A stretch of DNA of 64,000 bases from Trichoplax adhaerens (lineage: Eukaryota; Animalia; Placozoa): the NCBI RefSeq assembly GCF_000150275.1, contig NW_002060951.1:2428297-2492296 (forward strand). Direction: 5' to 3'. The translations under genes and the position numbers were made by a program. This document shows, one piece after another, positions 54,001 through 64,000 of the stretch; the stretch's first letter is position 1, and the number at the start of each line of letters is the position of its first letter. The notes under the pieces were generated by a model. The model did not search any database, was not told where the DNA came from, and worked only from the letters and a program-made list of their open reading frames with translations.

Positions 54001-57000
54001 AATAAACGTTTATTAAAAGATCTTGAGGATACATTACTGCGTGAACTAGCTACATCAACGGGTAATATGTTGGATAATTCTGAATTAGTGCAAACATTAG
54101 AAAATACCAAGACTAAAGCTACCGAAGTTTCCGATAAATTGAGTCTGGCAGAAAAAAATTCAGCCGATATTGATAAATTACGCGATGGATATCGACCAGC
54201 AGCCAAATTAGGCGCCGTTCTCTTTTTTGTCCTATCAGATATGGCAGTTATTAACAATATGTATCAGTATTCATTGGCTTCATTTTTAGATGTTTTTGAA
54301 TTTTCCTTACGTAAAAGCATGCCCGATTCCATATTATCAAAGCGGTTGAAAAATATTATGGAAACTATGAAACAAAATATTTACAATTATGCTTGTACTG
54401 GCTTATTCGAAAAGCACAAATTGTTATTATCATTTCAAATGACTATAAAATTAATGCAATCACAACAAAAATTATCACAGGATGAATTGGATTTCTTTAT
54501 TAAAGGTAGTATTGCATTGGAAAAAAATCCATTACCGCGACCTGAATGGATACCAGAACAAGGTTGGGAAGATTTACAGCAGTTATGTCAGCAATTTCCT
54601 CAACGGTATGAACATTTATTTGATGACATTGTTCAACACGAATCCAAATGGAAGGAATGGTTTGATCATGATACTCCTGAAGTATTGCCGTTACCACTCC
54701 AATATGAAAATCAATGCAGTTCGTTTCAGAAGTTATGCTTGTTGAGATGCTTTCGTGTGGATCGTTGCTATCGAGCTATGACCCATTTTGTAGCTCAGCA
54801 AATGGGGGAAAAATTTGTTACACCTCCAGTTATCAGTTACGAAGCAATATTTGAACAATCAACACCATATTCACCAATTGTATTTATTTTAAGTCCAGGA
54901 TCTGATCCAGCTGGTGATCTTGTCAAATTAGCTGAGCGTTCTGGTTTCGGAGGTAATCGTTTAAAATTTCTTGCGATGGGTCAAGGACAAGAAACCGCAG
55001 CAATTCAATTATTGGAAACGGCGTTAAGTCGTGGCCAGTGGTTAATGTTGCAAAATTGTCATTTATTAGTTAAATGGTTATATCAGTTAGAGAAGGTGCT
55101 AGAACGTATAAGTAAACCTCATCCTGATTTCCGTTTATGGTTGACGACAGCACCAATACAAGATTTCCCTATTGGTATATTGCAGCGATCATTGAAAGTA
55201 GTTACTGAACCGCCTAATGGTTTAAAACTAAACTTGCGTAATACATATCACAAAATATCTAATAATGCATTAATTGAGTGTCCACACGAGGCATTCCCAA
55301 CATTGGTATTCGCATTAAGTTTTTTTCATGCTGTAGTTCAAGAGCGACGCAAATATGGTAAAATTGGTTGGAATATACCATATGATTTTAATGAATCTGA
55401 TTTTCGCGTCTCAATGAACATTTTACGAACATATTTGATCAAGGCTTTCGATCAACATGATGTAAAGATACCATGGGGTAGCTTAAAGTACTTAATCGGC
55501 GAAGTTATGTATGGTGGCCGTGTAATTGATAGCTTTGATCGACGTGTCTTAATCACATATATGGATGAATACATGGGTGATTTTATATTTGATACGTTTC
55601 AACCATTCCATTTTTATTATCAAGACCAACATACCGATTATCATATTCCTACAGCTGCTGGTACATCACGCGATAAGTGCCTGGACTACATTGAATCATT
55701 ACCTCTTGATAATACTCCTGAGGTATTTGGCTTGCATCCGAATGCTGAGATTGGTTACTACACCGAAGCAGCGAAAGATATCTGGTCACAGTTAGTCGAA
55801 TTACAACCACAGACAAGTATATCCACCACTGGGATAAGCCGTGACAATTTTATTAGCAGTATAACAAGTGACATTCAATCTAAAATCCCCAAACAATTTG
55901 ATATTGATGCCGTAAAAAAGCAGCTTGGTAAAGAGATATCGCCAACAGCAGTTGTTTTGCTACAGGAAATAGAACGGTTTAATAAATTAATTGAAAAAAT
56001 GACTCGGTCACTGAGCGAATTGCAAAAGGCATTTATGGGAGAGATTGGTATGAGTCACGAGCTGGATGATGTTGCATCTGCGTTATATAATGGCAGAATA
56101 CCACAGGTTTGGAGAAATTTAGCTCCAGCAACATTAAAATCGCTGGGTAATTGGATTATACACTTTATGCAACGACATAAGCAATATGAGGATTGGATAC
56201 AGGAAGAACCTATCGTACTATGGTTACCTGGTCTACATGTACCAGAATCTTATTTAACAGCTTTAATACAAGCAACATGCCGAAAAAATGGTTGGCCACT
56301 AGATAAGTCTACTCTGTACACGGTTGTTACGAAATGGAATAGTCCTGATATTGTCACCGAAAAGCCTCACAGCGGATGTTATATAAGTGGCCTTTACTTG
56401 GAAGGTGCAGCATGGAACACTGCCAAGAGTTGTTTAATCAAGCAGAAACCTAAGCAACTGATTCAAAAATTACCGATATTGAAAGTGACACCTATAGAAT
56501 CTAATCGACTAAAATTGCAGGTAAGATTGCTTTTCCGTGTTATCATAATAGTTCCATCCCATGTTCAACTTGCGATATTAATCAATACTATGATTTACAT
56601 TAGAATACTTCATTGCATTACTTCTTATAAATCAAGAATTTACAATTCCTGTATTTAAATAATTCATTTCTGCTAATATGAATCAGCTACAATTTTCATA
56701 TAGATTTTACATACCCGTTTGTTTTGTAAATACAAATAGTACAACATTTCTACTATATTATGACGTGCGCATATACGCATATTGGTTTATGTCAATTTGC
56801 TCTCAGCACGGATACGTTTGCGCTTGATAGTCAAAAAATCAGTAGGGCATAGTTTAGTCATAAGAACGCAATAGAATAACAGAGTCAAGTTTGTAAATTT
56901 TATAAGATCTAGTTAATGTAGTCTTAAAATTTTCTGATATATTTGATCTTCGTGCTCGATCAGAACACTTTTAGAGCGCCTGTTTACACTACCTCACAAC

Positions 57001-57110
57001 GACGAAATAGCATGGGTAAAGGATTAGTTTTTGAAGCCGATCTTGCAACTGGAGAACATAGCTCGCATTGGGTACTGCAGGGTGTCTGTTTAACTTTAAA
57101 TTCAGATTAA
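36095..57110 (+). CDS. DNAH10: Axonemal dynein heavy chain 10 (inner arm I1/f alpha type)
   Basis: About 32 exons. N-terminus [33 protein letters not shown]; P-loops [32 protein letters not shown]; stalk/MTBD; exon 49924-56520 (6597 nt); last exon 56964-57110 [27 protein letters not shown]...[14 protein letters not shown]. Both termini match DNAH10 specifically. Confidence 0.96.
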
Positions 57111-58104
57111 ATAACTTCTACTAAAAATAGTTTCCTAGTGATTCACTTCTTTGTATTTGCCTATTTAAGTTTCAATAGCAGAAATTTTTATTGATGTACT
57201 TATACTCTGTACGTTCTATACCGCTATCATCGTTTATAAACTTTATTAATAATATTTCACTTTAAATCAAAACGTACGTTAGCCATTATAAAGAAAACTT
57301 ACTATTAATTGTAGTAATTTAGACATTAACAATTTTATCATTAGCAACCATGTAGGAGTGCTAAGGTTTTTTATATGTAATACTTTCTAATTTTTAAACT
57401 ACAGCAGTATCCTATAATTATTGTCGCTAATTCTTACAACTTGCTATCATAATCTTATGTACATACTCTCATATATAATTTCTTTATACCACACAATGCT
57501 CTAAGTTTTTATCTGGAACGCCAATGTCACATATGCAGTTCTTGGATCTCATTGATTACCACTTATTTATCGTACTTCGATTTTATTTTTATAAATTCTA
57601 CGCAATACATATATTATTAAGATCGATGCCAAATATCAATTATTAAATTAATTCTTTCAACTCCATTTGTACTTTGAATAAAATAATAAACTGTTATGAT
57701 AAGATAATCCCTTCGCTTAAGCTATGCTAAAGAGTTTCATGTTACACTTTTCTATTACATTTTTTATTATCGTAAATTATCGTAAGTCATATGTAGCAAA
57801 TTTGCTGTGCAGGAAACTATTAGAATGAACTCGTTACTGTCTGATAATGACGTCAATGAAAGAAATATGAACTAAAGCAAAGTTTTTGCAAGTTCTTAAT
57901 TTTTTCATCTAATTAGCTTTTCAGAACGATGGGAGATTTAGGATTTGAGGAGACTCCTATTGATGTAGTAGTTCAAACGGAAACTTGCTTTTGTATTTAT
58001 TTATTTATTTAACTAGATATCATTAAATGAATATTCTTTAAATGAAAAGACATAATATGGCAATAGATTATACCATAGTATTCATTGCGCAATGGCGGTT
58101 CTCT

Positions 58105-58118
58105 GTTGCCATAGAAAC
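58105..58118. promoter_or_regulatory. RFX X-box upstream of CCDC74-like gene
   Basis: GTTGCCATAGAAAC ~750 bp upstream of the ATG, next to the palindrome ATTGCGCAAT (58084-58093) and followed by donor-like GTAAG sites that suggest a 5'UTR exon. Confidence 0.8.
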
Positions 58119-58863
58119 CATCTAATCAGTAAGATAGAAAATAATCACTGCATACTGTACTTGCCTGCGTTAATAATTATATATATTCTATGTAGTTTCG
58201 TGAGATACCGTAAGCCATTACTAAGATTAATATTAGGAGGACATATTGACAAATACGGATGACACTCGCTGAAGAATTTTAATAAAGAAGAATAGATTAG
58301 TAAATTGCCGTCCTGTTGTGTTACAGTTCAAAACTTGCTTTTCCGTGATAATACTGATGTAAAGTATACCCTATTTCAAGGTGATTTAGATTCATAAACA
58401 TCTAGGTCGATTTTTGTTAAAGGTTAGTAGTATATTTTCGAAGAGTTTTTATAAAACACTTAAATACAATCTACTTTCGATAACTTATCCTTTAGTTTTG
58501 TATTTTAATCCAATCAGGAATAGCATTGCATCTTTCTCTATTGGTAGCAAATTAATGACGATGTGTAATTTAATTAAATTTCAGCGTACTTGTTTGCCAA
58601 AGTTGTTTATCACAAGGCTAACTTAGATTTTATTTCCATCACTAGGATTGATCAAGTATTGGTTAGGAGAGATCACTATACGCGTATTTAATTTAGGCAG
58701 CGTATTGGTAAACGCAGCCAATTAGGTTATCTTCACACCACAACTGCTGTGCTTCACCATTCTAGCCATATTTTTGATGGTTATAAGCAGTCCGTTATTG
58801 TGAAATTACCATATCGAATAGAGCGATATAATATAACTACGATATTAAATAGGAAAAGTCTCA

Positions 58864-61800
58864 ATGTCACGAAGTTATAATTTACCTCCCTTGGTAAATG
58901 CGCCTTCCTGGTCCCGATCGCGGCTCGAGCGTCATAAAATTCCGCGATCGGTAAATCGTGATAATATAACTCCATCATCCACCATAGTCGATCCAGTTAT
59001 TCAAATGGATGGCAAGTTGTTGCCCGTACCAGATGGGGCGAATCCTGAACAGAGGATACGACATTTAGATAAAAGCATTGAATTTTTAAAAGAACAACAT
59101 GCCGATATATTAAAGGGATTGCATAAGGAAATAGAAGGATTGCAATCAGAAAATAAAGGTAGCGTAAGAAATACACCTCCTATAACAAATATGACTTACA
59201 GTATATCTTACTGAAATATAGTGCTCAGTTCTATAATTTGTTCTACAAGTTATAAACGGTAATTTCTTTGGCTGAACGATATCTATTGATGTCTTATTAC
59301 GTTAAATATTCAACATACGAGCATAATTTCATTTATTAGTGTTAAAGCAAGGATTATAATACTAACAGCCGATCTTAAAAGTATTGGAGCTCTTTTTTTA
59401 TAATTATGGTAGTGATAGACGCATCGGGTTTACCTTTATTCATAATACCATTTTGTGATACCTGCATCTTTAATGCCAGATACTGTTATATCGGCAGCTA
59501 TTGAAATTGAAGGTGGTAAAACCATATCTTTAGAATACCATATCTATGAAAATTTTTGATTGTAGTTCTGCTAGCTTCGATAGCAGTTCTTGTATCATAT
59601 ATTGTATAAATATCATAAATTTATTTACATATTGTTGCTCTCTGACCATTCTTCTATCATGATCGTAATGCACCGTATTCTAAAATAGTAAATAAACTCG
59701 TAATATCCGTATAAAATCTAGTACAGTTTACTCTTATGATACTTTAATGCATGTCGTACTAAATCACGCTGTATTTTTTACTTATTTTTATGCCTTGATT
59801 TATCAGTTAGGCTGAATTAGCATCGTTTTGTTATTGCTGCTTAATTACTATTTATATACATACGAGTACATACGCCCATCTGTTACTTTCTTGTAACTGC
59901 ATACATTCTCACTAAGTTTCATGAATGTAACTGCTCTTTCAGTGATCGCTTTCCATTAGCGTAACTAGTACGATATTTTTTGTATTTCTTGCACTTAGCA
60001 TACCGATCGATTCAATATTTCTAATTATAACTATTACCTTTTACTTATCTCATACTATTCTTCAAAATTTCATTAGCTCTGTATTGCTTTTGGTATTTTT
60101 AGTTATTATGTTTTATAAACGTTACGACAATGATGAAATGTAAATCGTAAGATTTAGTGATCTCGACTTTCTTTCCGACTTCTCACGCAATATAATGACC
60201 ATCATTGTGAATACTGTAATGTCATCATTCATTATTTGTCAGCATCGTATATTATACTAGACTGAGAGTATTACTGTAGTATTACTGTAGTATTTACTGT
60301 TGTAATGGAAATGCTGTTTTCTATAATAATTCGCAACGACATACTATAGTTCTGTTATTTTCTCTTATGCTAAAACATAATACAAACGTAGATGATAGCC
60401 TAAAAGTTTACTGAATCGAAATGTAGATCGATTTTCGCTATAACATGGAATAAATTCTCTTTTATTCAAACAGAATTACAACTGAAAGTCATAATAAATC
60501 AAAGACTGTCGACTAAGCCAGGTAATATGTAATTGTATGAGGACTTAGGCTTTTAAGCTGGAATATTTTAATCAGTATGCTTTCAATTATTTCAGCTACA
60601 ACAATTACTAATCTAATTTATAACTTTTACTGATTTCATTTTCATGTACACATCAATGATGTAAATATTGAGCTTATCGAACGTTAAATTTTTAAATTCC
60701 AGGCTCTATTTCAGATAATAATTCTAGCCAAGGCTCAAGAAATGGCTCAAGTGTCAGCATGAGTTCCAGTATGCATCTGTACAGCTGTGATAATAAATCT
60801 AATAGTTTCATTTTCTGTATAGTAACACTGGTGTAAAAAAATCTATAGATATTAAGTAGAAAAGAAAATTTGACGAATTCATTTAATGAAAATTTTATAT
60901 CTAATGTATTAATTTAACATATTATAACGCTAGCTCATGGATCTAAGATTAATGAAATGAAAATAGCATCATTAACAGCAGAGATTAAAGGCCTTCATGA
61001 AGAGTTATCCGAGTCACAAAAAATGAACTCAAATCTTTTTAAACTGTTAGAAGATAAAGAAAAGTATGTCATTTCTATCAATACACAGTATTTGTTTTTT
61101 TGTATCAAGTCATTTACAATATCTAATGCAATGTTTGTACATGTTGCAATTGTTTTCAGATTGCTAGCAATGTCGTTAAATGATACAAAAAAAGATGAAT
61201 TGATAGATGAGAAACAACTTGATGTCATTGGCTTGGCGACGGCTGAAGAGTTACCATCTTCCTTATCTGAATGCCAAGCGGTTATTAAATACTTAAAGTT
61301 GAAAAGTTTTCAAGATCAGACAGAGGTAAGAAGAAAATTCTATTGCATCAACTTTCAATTTGAAAAAGACCTTTTGACTGCTTGTATGAGCGAAAGCTTT
61401 TGATTGTAAATACCAAAATAGCTTCGGATAAATTTTTATTTCGCGTATTATTATCTTAATATTAAGTTGCAACGCCTAAAAAATAATCTAAGAGAAGCAC
61501 TTTACTCCGATAAATGGACACCAGATGCATTCTTAATGGCTAAGGCTTATATCCACGAAAATGATTCTTCTAGGGAAGTGTAAGTAAAAAATTTGAGCTG
61601 CTAGCAATATATTCGTATTTGCTGTATTTATTGTATATTGTTATAGTGAACGTCGATCGTATCTAAGTCGAGATTCTTATAAGTACAGTGCAATATCATG
61701 TTTCTATATATCCTTACTGGGCCACTATTTGTCGCATCATGAAGTATATGGTTAAGTAGTTGATGGTTATTTATCTTTTACTACATGTTAACTAAAAGGA

Positions 61801-62967
61801 GGACTTCATTTTCATCACTGAATAGCTCTCTCTAAAATTGAATCGATATCTACAGTATTTCCATAGGCGTTATTTTGCTTTAGCCAATAAGTGTCTTTTA
61901 TGATCGCTTTATATTGCAATGACAGCAATACTGTAATTTTGAAAATTCCGTAACTGATAGATGTTCATTGTTCAATGATTTGCTGTAGATACATAAATGT
62001 TATAATGTGTAATGATTATATATTGATTACAAGTACGTTGGACTGAATCGATATCATGATATCAAAACGAACTTTTGCAGGAACATAAAGCACATGTAAT
62101 TGCAGTACGCGTCCGTTAGTAATACATAAGGACATAATCGTATCCATCATTTATTAGAAGAGATCTTGTTATAACACTTTAAATAGCTTTATGATCGTGT
62201 AGACTTTCTTGAAATGATTCTGTAGTATTTTCTGATTACGATTTTGGGTTAATTCACAAATAATGGTAGCCCATAAGACTGCAAAACTAACTGAAACTAA
62301 ATTTTTTCACTTTACTTTTCTAATACTAAAGTAGTAAAACTGTATTATTAATTCCCTTTAAACACTGTGTTTGGTTGAAAAAGGTAACTGAGGCGCTTAA
62401 ATTTGTGCTAATATTACTTATACATTTATTCATTGCAAGGGCACACTTTCTAATAATACGAACACAAGTTGATCTAATAATCATAAAATGATAAATCCTA
62501 ATTTGATCATACGAGCTATATTACGTAGATTAACTGAGGTCTTACGAATTTCATATTGAAATTTGCAGCATAACAAACTCTAATCTGCCATTAATTCACG
62601 AACGAAAGCCGTAAGTATTTAAAAATATAACTTCCTAATCATTTACATATCAAGTATGTATTTTCATAGTAATTTCGATATAGCGAGTTATTAGCATATT
62701 TAGCTAATACATCAAATAATTTTTTCGTAGAATTATACTTTATACAGATAATGTATGTAAAAAGAGTAACGTGGTGTTTGAGATTACATATTTATACTGT
62801 TCAATTAATCCATTTTAATTGGCATTTTGTATAGCCAAGGTTTTTTATATGTTGATCCATCATCTGTTCCACCAATGAAACCCAAGGCGGCAAGCCGTGC
62901 AGTCATTCAATACAAGAGAACGCAAGCAGCTCAAAAAGCGAGATTAAGGAAAGAGGTTCTTCAATGA
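58864..62967 (+). CDS. CCDC74: CCDC74-like coiled-coil protein (CCDC92/CCDC74 N-terminal domain)
   Basis: Exon 1 58864-59158 PEQRIRHLDKSIEFLKEQHADILKGLHKEIEGLQSENK splices to ELQLKVII (60474-60521). Further exons ~60703-60768, 60934-61063, 61160-61325 (SLSECQAVIKYL), 61467-61579, 61647-61682, 62568-62610, and last exon 62835-62967 KRTQAAQKARLRKEVLQ*, which resembles the CCDC74 C-terminus. Confidence 0.8.
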
Positions 62968-64000
62968 AAACAGCTACTCCATTCCATTATTCTATGCTCA
63001 TCGTATTCGGTTTATCAATCTACTTCATATTCATCGTATAGATAACACTTGTACCTTATTTCAGCTGTATTAACTACTGGTTATATACTATTTCTATTAT
63101 TTGCATTTTTAGAGTGCTATTGACTACGATGATAGATAATCCAGTATTTCTATAACTACAGCTATTTCGTGTATATATATTCATACCGTTTCCTTAGCTT
63201 GCCTTATCAATTGCAAAGGAGTTTTTTTATGCAGAAATTGAAGTAGAAACATTATCTTAATGTTATGAAATGTACAAAAAATATCTTTGATTGAAATATT
63301 CAATCTGCTCGCGAAGCACGAATTATATAAGGTTTTTGTTTGTTGCCCTATTAACCTCTTATTATAACTGGAATGCAATATTATATTAATATATATGTAA
63401 AGTCTACGAGTATCCAATATTTAAAATCGCACATAGCAGTAAGCATATTAAATTTGAAACAGTTGTAATTTATCTTGTGTTTAACATCACGATAGTACGA
63501 TTTGGATTTCTCTCATTCATTATAATGAATAATAAAAGCCGCCATTTACTACTTTTATTATAATCGTTCTACATAAGACAAACGGTATTAAATGAAGCGA
63601 TAATGGTTACTATGAAATCTATTTATAATATCGTTATCAATAAAAAGGTAAGTTCACTAAGATTATTTACAATTCGTATTATAAGCTAAATTCTACGATA
63701 ATGAAGGATCCTGTTTTGCACATGAATGAAGGAGATCAATGTTTTACCAAAGTCTCCGTTGAACTGCAAGCTCAACGGTACAAAAGCGCAGGATTTAAAA
63801 TTTTATCAAGCGGCATCTAGCGATTAATCTAAACTTTATTCTTTTCCGCACTATGATATCCGTGCGCTTACGTGATTTCTTATTAATGATATATTAACGG
63901 ATCAATGTGTTTACGCAAATCTGAAGGAGTTTTGTTATCTGGATAAGTAATTATTGAATTAATTAATGTGATTTATATATCTAATGAGATCATAAATGCA

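Noticed and set aside
50010-55795. Antisense and alternate-frame ORFs inside the DNAH10 giant exon (also 36691-37059, 32713-32988, 60995-61228)
   Set aside because: Shadows of real coding sequence with no independent protein features.
56521-56658. C-terminal extension of the 2228-aa ORF (VRLLFRV...)
   Set aside because: Read-through into an intron; the true conserved C-terminus is exon 56964-57110.
63603-63820. Possible start of another plus-strand gene (ATG...AAG|GTAAGT at ~63647)
   Set aside because: No recognisable homology and truncated by the window edge; unsupported.

Overview
AT-rich, gene-dense, intron-containing animal genomic DNA. It is not prokaryotic: there is no CRISPR array, operon, rRNA or tRNA that I can support. 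The compact GT-AG introns, low GC and an HNF-class homeobox gene fit a placozoan (Trichoplax-like) genome, but that is inference. Eight spliced or single-exon genes were reconstructed by hand: HNF1-like homeobox (+, 5' end probably outside the window), ANKRD13 (-), POLR1C/RPAC1 (+, head-to-head with ANKRD13), an unduplicated MadBub (Bub1+BubR1) kinase (+), SPPL3 (+), an intronless PTB-domain gene (+), axonemal dynein DNAH10 (+, ~32 exons including one of 6.6 kb) and a CCDC74-like gene (+). Non-coding highlights: self-inverted (CAGTA)n/(TACTG)n arrays clustered at gene starts; a 133-bp tandem array with a Helitron-type hairpin+CTAG terminus; a MITE-like element; near-perfect RFX X-boxes upstream of both ciliary genes; and a CDE-4nt-CHR module upstream of MadBub. 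The gene content echoes human 12q24. Exon coordinates are hand-derived and need RNA-seq confirmation.
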